A DNA stretch of 62,753 nucleotides, filler included, from Choristocarpus tenellus KU-1152 (lineage: Eukaryota > Protista > Phaeophyceae): NCBI GenBank assembly GCA_964200185.2. It is 7 parts of 7 records of this genome, joined end to end, with 100 filler letters (N's around TTAATTAATTAA, not from the genome) between each part and the next. Parts side by side here need not be neighbours in the genome. Positions count along the whole stretch, not along the records: positions 1 to 23,338 come from CAXNAD020000251.1; 6 more parts are not named here. One strand, 5' to 3'. Made by a program: the position numbers and the translations under genes. Within the stretch, counting starts at the first letter, position 1; the number at the start of each line of letters is the position of its first letter. Positions 1-12,855 of this stretch are shown in pieces. Under the pieces are notes generated by a model. The model was given only the letters and a program-made list of their open reading frames with translations. It did not search any database and had not been told where the DNA came from.

Positions 1-71
1 CGGTGATTCTCTTCGCCACCCTTGCCTGAGTGAACCACGCCGCCACAGAATCACACGATTAGCATGTTATA

Positions 72-232
72 TTTGATGGTAAGATATACCCAATTCCTCG
101 GTTCTTTTTTCTTCCCGCGGGGAATTCCAATTTTATATGGTGTAGGCCATGGTTAGATGGTTTGATGGTAATAATAATATACCCAATTGCTCGGCCCTTG
201 TTTCTTAACGCGGGGAATTTCAATTCTACAAT
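72..232. repeat. Two diverged ~90-bp direct repeats upstream of the GST gene
   Basis: TTTGATGGTAA..ATATACCCAATT.CTCGG....TTTCTT..CGCGGGGAATT.CAATT occurs starting at ~72 and ~161. Confidence 0.75.
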
Positions 233-383
233 ACGATAGACCTTTATGATACGTGATTTTTGAATCCCAATCCAATAATACACTCACACACACCAAACAC
301 AGCACGATCAACGACCTACCTAGTACTGTTCCTTTGTGACTCCAAACCTACAAGTCCAACTCCGATATCGAAAACGCAAAGAA

Positions 384-2627
384 ATGGCAACCTATAAGCT
401 CACCTACTTCGATCTTGCTGGATGAACAGAGCCAATTAGGCAGGCCTTCGTTATCGCCAATCTCCCCTTCGAGGATAACAGGATCTCGTTCGCAGAGTTT
501 GGGGCTATGAAGGAATCAGGAGATCTACGATGGGGAACGGTGAGAGCGAATGAAAATATGTAGACTCCGCGAAGATCAAGAGTTCTCCGAGCAAGAGTTC
601 TCCTAGCCAATAAAACGATATCAGAATGGCTGATTACAAAAGTCTTGTCGATATGGGATTAGGGTCCCACTAGCATTTCATGAAGATGTAGGGTCATTCC
701 ATCGACAATTTTGGAATTTTGTTCACCTGCTCCATCTTCAGGTCCCATCTCTCGACATCGTTGGCACTGATGGCAAGACAACCACCATTTCGCAGTCCAT
801 GGCCATTTTGCGATTTGTATCTCGCAAAGGAGGACTCTATCCAGCTGATCCTGTCGAAGCTGCCAGGGTAGACGAGGTGTGTACTACCTGGATAGGGCTA
901 GGGCATACGTATATCGTAGTCAACCGTGGTATCGATAGAGTAACTGTCTGCTTAGGGATGATTTTCGACTAGGAATAGATACGATGTTCAGGGGTATTCG
1001 GACAGTTGTGCAGCCCAGCGTATTTCCTTGGGCGGTTGCTGTCCTGATGATCGAATCGGGATGTGTATGGATGGGGTAGTTAATGCCACCGTTCTCCGTT
1101 GCCGTTCTTCACAAAATTTGAGTGGGTCAGTCTCGAGATGAGCAATTGCCGCGTACATGCATATTGAGGGGAAGAACCATCTATCGTAAGCAGTGGTCAC
1201 CTATCTACTCACCACAAATAGCTGACAATTTCGTACACAATCGCCCTTTCCACAGATCTTGGATGCTTTTCAGGACATGAACAGCGCGATTGTGCCCTCC
1301 GCGAAGGAGCCTGATGTGGAGAAGAAGGTGTGGGGATATCAAGTCCTTTATTGACCAAGTACACTATCAAGGCAATTGTCTCGCGCCAAGTCCTCCATGC
1401 GTTCTCTGTGGTGATAAGTTGTTCATGCTGCAGATCGGTCCACATGAGTGAATGTATTGGACATGTGATGGACTATGAATGTCGTTGTTCCTGTTCTCCC
1501 ATGATTGCAATTCCTATCACAGGCTGCCATGAGGATAGGACTGGCAAAGACCCTTGTGCAAATGTTCGAACGATTCGAGAAGCGGTATGAGGAGAACAGC
1601 AGCAATGGCTGGGCTGTGGGAACATCGGTAAGTTGCCCTTGGAAGTCCCCTCACTGTACACAGCCAATGTTGCTGTTCGAAGTGATAAGACATTTTGTGC
1701 AACAACATGATATCTTTACTGTACACATTTGCCAATAATAGCTTCCTTGCAATGGAATTTCGAAGGGTTTATGAAATTTATTGTTTAGTAATGCCTCGCG
1801 TGTGCAAAAGTCAAGAGAAGAGTCGTTTGTCTCACTTCGCTAGTCCTTCGGTGTGAAGTGTGGGATATAAATTCCAGATATCCCGAAGGGTAGACGAAGA
1901 CAGCTTCTTGTTCTAGAGTTTGCCCCAGGAGGAGTAGTTTTCCTCTCTGTCCTGCCGGGGCTTTCCGACTATCAGCGCCCTCTTGCTGGTTGAGGTTTGG
2001 CAAGTGTGTGCTGTGTGTTGTGAACGTTTGTCCCTTCATTGAAGACCGACTTGGTTGGGCTGTGAGTGAAGTGACATAGTAGGCATGATGTGTCCTCGCC
2101 CCTTCAGAAGAAGTTCGTTTCACTGAATGAAGTGATGGTTCATACAGATAAGAGTACTTCCGTTGTTGCTTCATAGTATATATAGTCGTCTGAAGAAGTT
2201 CGTTTGACTGAATGAAGTGATAATTCATACAGATAAGAGCACTTCCGTTGTTGCTTCATAGTATGTAGCCGTCTAGTATACCCCAGAGGTTGCATAGAGT
2301 AATATTGTTATAGTATTAGTCAGTAGTAGGGGTACTGCATAATGAGTACTTGGGCGCTTGCCAGGCGATATACCTTCTCGTTAACTTGTTCATCTTGTGC
2401 CCTCCCTCTCCTGGCCTTGTTCACATCCTGTGTTGGGCCTATCCTGTACCTTCCTACAGATCAGTGCTGCTGACTTGGCCCTGTGTGAGGTTGCTCGTTG
2501 GACATCAACTGGGATACTTGACGGAATTCCCACCACTATCCTCGACACCTGCCCTCAAATTAAGGGTCTCAGAGAGAGAGTTCTTGGTAACAGTAAAATT
2601 GCCGAGTACTATGCTTCCAAGCAGTAG
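384..2627 (+). CDS. GST: Sigma/HPGDS-like glutathione S-transferase, 5 exons, with an in-frame TGA at codon 14 (recoded gene or recent pseudogene)
   Basis: Exons 384-539, 742-876, 1256-1327, 1523-1627, 2460-2627. All introns are GT-AG, phase 0; total 636 nt. Translation: MATYKLTYFDLAG*TEPIRQAFVIANLPFEDNRISFAEF...WGT|VPSLDI...ISQSMAILRFVSRKGGLYPADPVEAARVDE|ILD...|ISAADLAL...KQ*. It has the catalytic Tyr8, cis-Pro VP, QS-x-AI and N-cap S-x-x-D motifs. TGA is at 423-425. Confidence 0.93.
2107..2275. repeat. ~85-bp tandem duplication in GST intron 4; each copy contains a hairpin
   Basis: GAAGAAGTTCGTTT.ACTGAATGAAGTGAT..TTCATACAGATAAGAG.ACTTCCGTTGTTGCTTCATAGTAT occurs twice. ATGAAGTGAT can pair with GTTGCTTCAT. 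Confidence 0.9.
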
Positions 2628-4012
2628 TCATCTTCTTCCGTTTCCTGTTGGTGCGCCTGATCAGGTGTTGTGTGGTGTAGATGATGCATGTTGTGTGACA
2701 AGAGAGGGCGATTTCAATGACAAGGTCTTGATGCACGGTGTTTTGGTCATACTCTAGTCTTGCCTTTGAGTTGAAGGAAATATCCTCTTCTAACTGTCGC
2801 AGCGGCATTCTGGAATAAGTATCTAGAGGTTGAGTTGGGCAGTCTTGACATTGCATTCTTGGCATTGTCCAGTTGTTGTCAAGTCACAGATGTGTGTAAT
2901 AGTAGGGAGTACTATTCATGAGCAGTTTTGAGTTCCTATTGTGAGTCGTGAGAGAGTGCTGCAGGCTACAGGTACACTCAATAAATTGTTGTGAATACCT
3001 CTTCTCCCAATTGTTACCATTGGGGTGTGAAAAAAATGTGTGGTAGTGAAACTGGTGAGAGTTCATTTTGACTTGGGCACCATCTACATTGTTGAACCAC
3101 GTATTGTTATCAAGTGATCAAGATTTGTTTCTGAGGAGAGGTTTTCATCGCCAGAAACTTCTCTTGGCTGTTGCACAATGTTAAAACAGAGGCTACTCAT
3201 CTGTTTGTTCCTTGATACGATACAGGTCAACCAGTCAACACTGACTGTTGATTAGTCTGTTACATTCTGGATGTTACTTTCACTTGTTCGTCATCACCAC
3301 ATCAACTACAATCAGAATACCTTAGTACAGAACAGTCACTCTGCGTTCCACACAAATAGTATAGTATAGTGTACATCACTTGAGTTGCATCACATATTGT
3401 TTCAATTTTTTTCTGTTCTCTTGTTTGTTTTTCTTTCACTCTTTCTTCTTATCAGCAGAAGATGACAGTTGTACATTTATGGTTGATTATTTTTTCTTTC
3501 GTGACTGCCATTGATGCCTCAAATTGCACCAACGCCACTCTGCAAACTGTGTATCAAACACACATGGACTTCTTTCTTTGAATATCTCATGAAAGAACAC
3601 TGAATTCACATCACATCATTCTGGATTGAGCAACCAAGAATACTGAATTAACATCGCATCATTCTTGACTGAGAGGTCAATGATCTCAGTTACAACAGAA
3701 TAAATACATCGGTGCTTTGTAGCACAATCACACCTATCCATAACATAGACTACACATACCACTCATTGGTGCTTTGCAACACCATGATTCCTCATCGCTA
3801 GTAGTCTACGCAATTTGCTTACATGTACGATACGTTCGATTTAGGTTTCAACACACAACCCATACGTTCACCCCACAACGCAGGTCTCAATAAAATATAT
3901 TCACAAATTTTGCACTCCGAGGGAGTAACACATAACCAGTGATGCGAGTTGTCAACACACCAATATCTTTCACAAATTGATATTTTAAATGCTAACTTCA
4001 CTGTTGTTACTG

Positions 4013-4860
4013 TGTCAAGAATGTGCTTTTATTCGTGTGTTACGTAGATTATTTGAAGAACAGTCTCAGGAAGGAAGAGACCATATTTGTGTTCTGAAGA
4101 ATAGAAGGTAGGTATGGGTTAAATAACTAGAATATGGAAGAGTGCAAGAATAGGAAACATTGTAGCAAGTAATCTGTCATCAATGATTTGTGATCCATAG
4201 AATAGGATTGATTTGGTGGCAAGGACCCACCCCAGCCCTTGGGCTTGAAAGCTCACCCCTCCTTTGTCCTTCCTTCATCTACAAACTGTCCATCCCATTA
4301 AGGAATGAATGGAGTAATTTATATGCAAAGTCTTCGGAACATCAGCTTCTTTAAACATGCTAGCTAGCATTGCTTACTGAAGTGTGCTAAGTTTTTAAGG
4401 CTAGCGTAAATTGATTGGAGGCGTCCATCGGTAACAGTAGACGTGCTTCAAGAAGAGTGAGGTATAGAGAGAGATGACACCTGTAACAGGAGTAGAAGGT
4501 GGTGAAGTGGAAGTTGAGTCAGAGTTTGAGGGTGAAGATGAAGAGGCGGTCAACAGAACTGGGCACCGTAAAAGGACTGCAGGAGAGAGTCTGCGGGGAC
4601 TCATCCCCCTCACGTCAAAGTTCGAAGTGTATAGGGGCAATGATGATGACGGGGAACGATACCCAACGTTCGAGAGAAACTTCCTTGCGTGTGCCAGCAT
4701 GGGCAGATGGAAGGATGGTCTTGTGACAGAAGACCATACCAGAGTGAGCTATGCTATTGTAGATGAAACGAGAGATGGAAAGAGAGATAAGTCCAAAAGG
4801 CCAGTATGGTTATGGCACTTTTGGTGGTAAGATTAGGTGGACTTGCTGATGTGTACAGGT
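4013..4860 (+). mobile_element. Truncated Ty1/copia-like LTR retrotransposon: putative 5' LTR 4013-4357 plus gag N-terminus 4474-4830
   Basis: The putative LTR starts TGTCAAGAATGTGCTT, close to TGTCAAGATTATGCTT at 49000, and ends ...AAACA. The ORF segment FEVYRG..YPTFERNFLACASMGRWKDGLVTEDHTRV aligns by eye with PTFKG..WKKWSKTFLTHALSSGWREPLVTKEHLRV in the gag at 49468. Confidence 0.65.
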
Positions 4861-5283
4861 AAGTAAGGCCCTTTTCAGCAGCACTCCCAGGGTTGGGGGA
4901 CATAACTTCATTTTCGAACCAGTTTTACATGTTTTTGTGGACGTTTTAAATTTTTTTTTTCCTCTTTTTAGCGATATTTCTTGGGTATTTGGTCTTGTTC
5001 TTGGGGATGTTGCAGTGCACAGGTGAGATCCCGTGTCTCTTGGGAGCCCCCATTGTCCTTGGGAAATACTCTCTGAGGTATTGTTTGACCCTCCTTCACG
5101 TCCCCCCTCACTGACAACGGCAAGCGAGCCAGGCTATGGTAGGTAGCGTGACGGATGGTCACATCAAAGCTCTGAGTGAAAGCATCTTAGAGGGTACGAG
5201 TTTTCCCCTGTTTGTCCGTTTGGGACTTGGATCCCACCAGTTCCTTATGACATTTTCCTACTCTGAAATGTCTCGGAGTAGGT

Positions 5284-5418
5284 AAAATGTATACTCTATG
5301 AAAAGGTGTGTTTGCAACAAGGATATTGACACTTCCTAACAAACACGATAGCCAAAATTACGTCAATATCGCAACATTGGATTTTAGCCCCAAAAGGGAC
5401 GCAGCTCTACCCTCTAAG
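5284..5418 (+). repeat. Dispersed repeat, copy 1 (second copy at 39331-39465 on another contig); probably a transposon fragment
   Basis: Shared AAAATGTAT...AACAAGGATATTGACAC...CTAACAAACACGATAGCCAAAATT...ACATTGGATTTT...GGACGC.GC.CTACCCTCT. Confidence 0.8.
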
Positions 5419-8400
5419 ATAATTCGACTCCTCGGGCAGCTCGAGGACCTACTACCACTTCAAAAAACGGAGTCCGTGATGTCAAAGAAGCTGTCTCCAC
5501 TGTAACGGAATAGAAAGATACATTGCCCACGAGACGATGAATCCCCTCTTCTCAACTCGCCCTCACACCCCTCAGTTCAAATCTGCACCTTGTGCTTCTG
5601 ATCATCCAAACATCACCCATTACACAAATAGCTATTCCAGATAAGATGCCACCATAGAGTGGGGGTCATCAATCTTCCGGAGGACAGTGGTCAATATTTC
5701 ATTGTGGGCTACATCTCTGGCATAAGCAAGGCACTCATCATCTATGGCTTTGGCTAGCATATTCACATTACAATACCTAAAAATATATGTTCATCACTGT
5801 GAAATGTCTATCCCCAGTTCCATCCCCAGTCTCCTCACCCGTTCAATTCTCCAACCCTACAGCAGTCAATAGGTCCAAGTCTAAATCTCCAAACTCCAAC
5901 TCTACAACCCAGGGCCCAGTCTAAGTCAACACACACAAATCCTAGTTTTAGAAATTCATTTAAACACCAGTAACGTACCTCATTGCCATCTTCCCTTGCT
6001 TTATCTGCACATTTATCTGCCACCCTTTCTGCTGTAGGCCTCACTGCAATTGCTGCTTGGCATCCCACCAATACCACCACCCCTTAGTGAGGTCAAACCG
6101 CTGCTTGACCCGGGGCAATCCGGCATCTTCAGCAATTCTCCATCAGGTTGCCCTGCCCTTCTATCCAGACCTTGGACAGCCTCTTCGGATTCCTTAGTGC
6201 CTTCCTTACAGGCTAGATCATTTGCATCGGCATTAACCCGATCTCCTCCGTCTTCGTCTCCAGCATGGCACTTCAGGGCTTACGGGTTGTGTGCAAAATA
6301 GGACAATAGTGAGGTGTACCTTATTTTGTGTATATGAGATTATTGTGTTGAGTTGAGTCNNNNNNNNNNATAGTACATCCGGATTATGTATGGGATTACG
6401 TATTGGTATTTATTCTGCATTCAACTACTTTGACATAACCATGGACTTATGTATGAGACACAAATCATAATAAAACAAGCAATGAGAAGACACCCTACAA
6501 AGGTCACTCTTCTAATCTTCAACCATGTAATCACGTTCAGCAAAAAGGGGGTCGTGTGAGGCTTCACACCTTCTTGTCTTCACTACTAACAAATAGCATT
6601 ACCTCCCAAGGTAATTTGCACAGGTTGTAAGCGGACGGGTTTCGAGCTGGTGTTAGTGCTAATGCTTGATTCAAGGTAGGAAATGGAATGGTGGAGGACG
6701 TGGTGTTGCGAAGGCACAATATAAACTCCGTGTCTGGCAACTACTTTGTAGATTATATTTTCAAGAGGGAGCACAGATGGGGCGTGGTAAATATATCCAT
6801 GACTCGCATGCAGAATGGTGCATAGGTAAAGGATTTCGATGAAGCGAGGATTGGAGGAGAGCAATTCTAGGGGTGAGTTTCTGAGGACTCTGTGAGTGCA
6901 TACTCTTTCACAGGTCTTGCTAGCCTTCTTCTTACTCTTTTCGGATCTGGCTCTGGGCTGTGGCTTTTTGGGGGGAGCCGTCTCTTCCAAAATTTTATCC
7001 CTCGCTTTGCGCTTGAGGTAGGTTTGCTGCAGCCACCATAGTCCAGACAGGAAGAAACAGACAAGGATCAGGAAGTGCATCGTTCTTTAAGCAGCGAGGG
7101 AGGGCCGTCCCCCAACCAGCAAGGCCTTGGAGGACACTATCCCGAGTTATGTATTCCAAATTTCAATGGATTATTAGCTAGCCTCAGTCTAAACTTTCTT
7201 CGTGCAACTGATGTTTCCAAGAAAGGGTATGGGTTGTTGTCTCAGGACGAAGTCCTCATCTATCGGAACCCCATGCACCCCCCGAACCTTTCTGGATCTT
7301 AGCTCCTAGCCGGGGGCGGGGGTAGTGCTGTGTGATACGATCTTTTTCCCCTCCATGAAAAAAATGATCAAGCACGGAAATTGCGCCCCACCTCTCAATG
7401 AAGATAAAAGGGTGACCAACCAACTAGTAGTGCTATTACTAACAACTCACCAAGTACTCAACGATCATTAAGATGTATTTATTTTTATGATTATTGGAGC
7501 CACAGGAAGGGAGCGGTACAAAATAGTGGTAAAATTAGTGTTTCTCACATTATATGTGACATATTTCTTCTTTGGGGTTTGTACTGACATGTGAATAGTT
7601 CTCCTTGGTTCTCCCCTTAACACATCTGGAAAATTTTAAGAGGACAAAAAAATATATCATTTTAGGTATGCTGATTATTACTATTGTTACGATTATTATG
7701 AATACTATGATTGGCATGATTATGATCAACTGTTACGAATATGATGGACAGGTCCTGTTGGGACCTGATCTCAGTCAAATCCATTTCCACGTGGAAACGT
7801 AAGTTTATTGCGCGCATATTTGTTTTGTCATCGGTGACTTTCACATCAACATCAATGACAGAGAAGCCATGAGAATGCGCGGATCATTTGTCATTGACGA
7901 CAACAATGATGAGATGTCATCCATCGGATCCAAAGTTCAACTCAGGTTTCATCCCAAGATTTGATGGTTGTTTGCGCTTTGAGTTTGCTGAAGAGAACTT
8001 CTCACACAAGTGGTGACTCCTAACACTCCCCACGACTGATCGGACCCTACCTCACAACAGTGATACCCACGCCAACAGTGTAAAGGGAAATCACCAAGTA
8101 AAATGGTACCCTAGTTGGAAAGGAAGCGAAGACAAGAAGAGTGAAGGAAAGACCACCTGCCCAGACAAGACAATATTTCAAACCAGTCACTAGGGAGAAG
8201 TATCGCTATTATTGCTGTCGACTCTCTCCCTCACACACCTAACCCATACCAATCCTCTCACGTTGTCCTTGTCAACTCCATGTTACGAGGCATGGTGGTC
8301 ACTCTGAGAAGGGGATTTTTTTTCTACTTTAGATTGCTACTGTCTCCTGTGTATCAAGTAATGCAGTGAATTAATCAATCTTTAGGTACTTCATACGGAA

Positions 8401-9899
8401 TAGAATTTGTGAACTGGTGCAAACTTACTTGGTTCAAAATCCTGACAAAAAAATTTGAACATATTTTTTTGTGGCTTCAATTTATTTTTCCTCCATTTTG
8501 CCTCGTACACTCATCAAGCGACATTGGATCCATCACAGATGTTCACATTCCCTCTCCGAACAATTACTGCATGTTTTAAGACTACTACCAGTATGTTAAA
8601 AATGTATTTCTAGTACAAAACCAAAGGCAATTCAGAGTGCAAGCCACAATCATACCATACCGCATCAAACTATCCCATGTAATGATGTAGAAGATCTGCA
8701 GGTTTCATGTATTTTCCCATACATGTATATAAAACGTGTGGATCATTTATGTTGAAATAATGGAACTTCATTAACCCTTCGACACCAGACTTTCTCTCAC
8801 AGATATATTGTTTTGATGGTGCTATTCCAAATGGCAAGATAAAAGAATTGTACACCTGTACAATACTGTCTGTGCCTGGACCACAGAACACCAAATATTA
8901 ACGAGAAAACTTCGAGGAAGATCCAGTAAGATTTGAGGGAAAGGGATGACTAGTAAGTAGTGGGAGTGCTGCACCCAACACTAAATACGCAAGCCACAAA
9001 GAGACACAATACAATTGGTCATAGTGAAACGGATCGTAGTGTAAGAAGTGTAACAGGATGTGCCTCTGACCATGGGTCAGAATTATCCCCAATTAATGCA
9101 ATCCAAACAATAAAAATCTACCAAACAAGTTAACTGTGGACATTTGGCAACTACCTACACAACACCATGTTCTCATGTCAGCACTTTAAGTAAACAACCA
9201 AGTGGGAGAAACTAGGGGGCAGGTATGAACACGATAGATTTCTGTGGTATGTGTGTCCTCTAATTCTTGATCCTCGTTCTAGTATCTCTTCTTAGTATGA
9301 CTGGTTGAGTCAGCAGTGCACTCCTTGGAATATCTGTTTTTGATCACCTCACCTGCTGTCGATAATCCATTCGATCCAATTCAACAAAAATACATGGTGC
9401 TGAGACAAGGAATGTAGGTTTCCAGTTACCACAAGCGAAGTCGAAGCGTATCAAGTAACCTTAAAGCACTACTGTTTTACTGGCATTGTTAGTGGAAGGG
9501 CATCAACCAGTAAGAGTACCACAAGCATCGAGCCAGAGTTGAATTTGTGGTGATGGACAAGTAGTAGGGATCACAAGAAGATTGATTCACCCTGAAGGCT
9601 GAGACCAAACAAGAGCTGAAGTGAAATTGGAGATAAGAGGACAATTTACAGTGCAAACATCTTGGAGACCTGATTCACAATATTTTAGCACATTTCCCCC
9701 TTGCCTTTTCTGTGGAAGATGCGGTTACACCTATGTTGAAAATGCCCACAAAATACACAATTTTCCCATGTGCTGTTTTGGGTGTTTCCCCCGAAGTCCA
9801 AATGTATGCCACTTGATACATTGCGTTCAACCAACCATTTCCTTAGTATCACATGCAAGTCAGGTTGACTGGTAATAGCAGTAGTAAAGTGTTACCTTG

Positions 9900-11090
9900 A
9901 CATGATACACGATGTGGTGCGAAACATTAACTGATGAAACAATATTGGTCTTACACTATCATCCCCCCTGAACCAGTGACAAAACTTGGAAAATGCTCTG
10001 ATTCGCATCCAAATATTGAGGAGAGTCAAATACGCAAACTGCACAGTGCGATGCGCATCTCCTCCACAACCTCAAATATTAACAAAAAGAGTCTCAGATT
10101 GTGTTGCAACAAAGGTTGATATTGAATGTCTTCACCCAATTAGCAACACTAAATATTCGTTTTACAGTTGTCACCTTACTCTCTGTTGTGGAGATCATGG
10201 TGTTTCTGAATGACATATCATGAGACACAACACATACCTAGATGTTTTGCACTGGATTGTTACCACAAGTAACAGATATTGTGTGTATAATCTATGTTTC
10301 AACTTTTATGGGCAAAACACATCATTTCAGTAAGATATTTTGGTGGTACAGTGCATTAATGGTGTTTGTAAGAGCCAAAGTAAACAAGAGGTACCCAGGT
10401 TTTGGAAGTTTTGCATTTTAAGCCAGTTTTTCACTCTTACGCAATTCACCCATATTTCTTTGGATGGAGTGCCAAGTTTGATTTGAGAGTGTTGACTTCT
10501 CCATTGTTTGGAATTTTCAACAGAATTCAGAAAATGTCAGCATCCTTAAAATACAACACAGGGTAACTCTCCTTTACTGACTCTAAATGATAAGGACATA
10601 ATGTAGTTCCAAACATTACTATTAGTAGACACAAATATATGGATGTTTTCGACTCAATTGTTCCAGTCAGAATTGTTAAAAGTGAGTAAAAGACCACTGC
10701 AACACTGAACTTTTTCTTCGGGTGGTTTGTCACATGTCAGTAGACAAATATGGGCCTTTAGTGTGGAAGACACAAGGTACTTACATCAGTGTCCAATCTT
10801 GGTATCAACTGGTCTTGGCATCAAAGGTCACGATGTACATGCAGTTCATGCCTATATCTGGTTGGTGTTCTCATAATGTAACAACTTCAACCGGAAATCT
10901 TCTTGACCCATTGCACACGTTATCCACATGAGAACAGCAATAATTTATGAAATTCAGCGTATATAATAGGCATTTGCTCACATCAAACCTGAATATGTAT
11001 CAAAAGTGTCTACAGGGACTTACATGACGCACAAAATCAAATCATTGCACATTTAGTGCAGCTCGTGAGTTTGAGAAAGCTTTCTTGTTT
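9900..11090 (+). pseudogene. Possible heavily decayed hAT-family transposase relic
   Basis: A stop-riddled frame gives CDAHLLHNL at 10047-10073, resembling the hAT CxxH motif. A frameshifted TRFGS-like stretch near 10393 and an EKAF (ERxFS-like) stretch near 11073 follow in the expected order. Confidence 0.3.
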
Positions 11091-12855
11091 TAGGCTACAT
11101 CCTAAGATGGCTGAGAAAAAAAATACAGCAGCCCTAAAATGGTGCAACTGTTGAAATGAACTATTTTGGGGACATCCTCATCCCCTCTCACTCAACTACT
11201 ATGATAAGAATTTTGTACTGGAGCACCTGTTGTCCATTAGCTCGTTGTATCACCACTCGTTTGTTGCATACCTTCATGCTGGGCATATTCTCAACTCGAC
11301 GTTGGAGACTTCAACCTCCCTCCACTGCAATTGTCACTGTTGTTTCCAGCAGGAACCTGTCACGAATGACATCGACTTGACAACACAATAATCACTCCCT
11401 CCTTGACACACATTTCATTAACCTCATGTAGAAAAATTTCTGTAGAGGTGCTCTTATTGTCCCTTCCAATCCTCTGCAAGCATGTCCGTACTGACCTCAA
11501 TGTTTACTAATGTAATGCACTTGAAGTCTTCACAAAAAATTTAACACCATCAGAATTATAACAATTCACCTATTCATTTAAAAGTAGAGGGCAGGAAAAA
11601 GTCCAGCCTAAAGAAAAAATTGAGAGTAGGTAATTCTATCCACTCCGCTAAAGAAATTACATGACACTGCAAAGAACTCTAATTGTGTTTAATCCTTTGT
11701 CATGATCGATATGCAAGACATCCACCAAAACTGAGAAGAGCAAGGTGATCAGGGATGCCCCTGATGAAATCACTGAGAAAAAAAAAGAAATTTAACACTT
11801 GATGGATACTAAAGACCTATATTGCAAGGTGATGGGGGCAGGGTTAAAAATGGACTTCAAACGGAAATATTTCGGAAATAGATACTTGAGTCGATAGGAC
11901 AGCGAAATTTATGAACGCCATCACATGAGGAGAGGCAATCAGAGTAACAAGGTAAACTGTTGATAACAAGTGCACCAGGAAAGTAACAACGCAATGCAAC
12001 ACAGGACCAAGTGAAACTGTGAATGCAGGTACAAAACACGAGGGGTTTAAATAAGGTGATGCAAAGAGAGGAGGGAAAAAATATTGCTTGTATTTGATCC
12101 CTTGAGCTCACCCATTGAATCTGATCATTGTGTTTCACTCTTGGGATGGTAATCAATTTCAGCCCACAATTATTGCACTTTTTGCTACTAGGCACCTGAA
12201 ACAAATCGTTCCCTAATTTTAACCTAACTATCATACGCACATTAACTCTGGCTGGCCAGGTATGTGAATGTTGAGACAAAGACCTATCTCTGACATTACT
12301 ACTTTACTGTACAAGCAGTAAAGATGAGGGTCCACCTTGATACAGTAACTACAACAATCGCCTCTACTGTGACACTGTCATGATACAACAAAGATAAATA
12401 GACAAGTCTCACACACACATACACAAACGCACACACTCGGTGTGGCACATCACAGTCGCACCAATCCAAGAGAACACTCGATTTGACGCAAGAAAGTGTT
12501 CACTTTGCACAACTGACATCACCCCACAATCCCACCTTGTGACTCATAATGGCAGCATCTGCCGAGGTGAAGGGTGCAGTGAGTCGCCGTAAGGAGCCAG
12601 TAGTAGAAACATGCTGGGTGAAGAGGGCAAAAGGCGGCAACACAAGACATCAACATCACAAGCTAAGGTGGGATATGTTGTTGCTGGGCTCTCGTAGCTC
12701 ATGGGCTTCCAGCCCGAGGGTTTGGACGGCATGAACACGGGCCACTTGGCAAACACACAACACTCAGAACGGAAAGGGGGTAGAAACCGCCCTGTCCAGA
12801 CCACAAGACACAGGGCACTAAACATGTACATAGCCTGAAACACGTGTTGTAACCG

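Noticed and set aside
3573-3642. SECIS-like ATGA...AA...GGAT hairpin downstream of the GST
   Set aside because: The stem above the putative GA quartet is only ~7 bp with a bulge (canonical is ~11-14 bp). It lies ~950 nt past the stop and is part of a small local duplication.
6586-8210. Lys-rich 164-aa ORF and nearby exon-like pieces
   Set aside because: No recognisable domain, and I could not splice a consistent gene.
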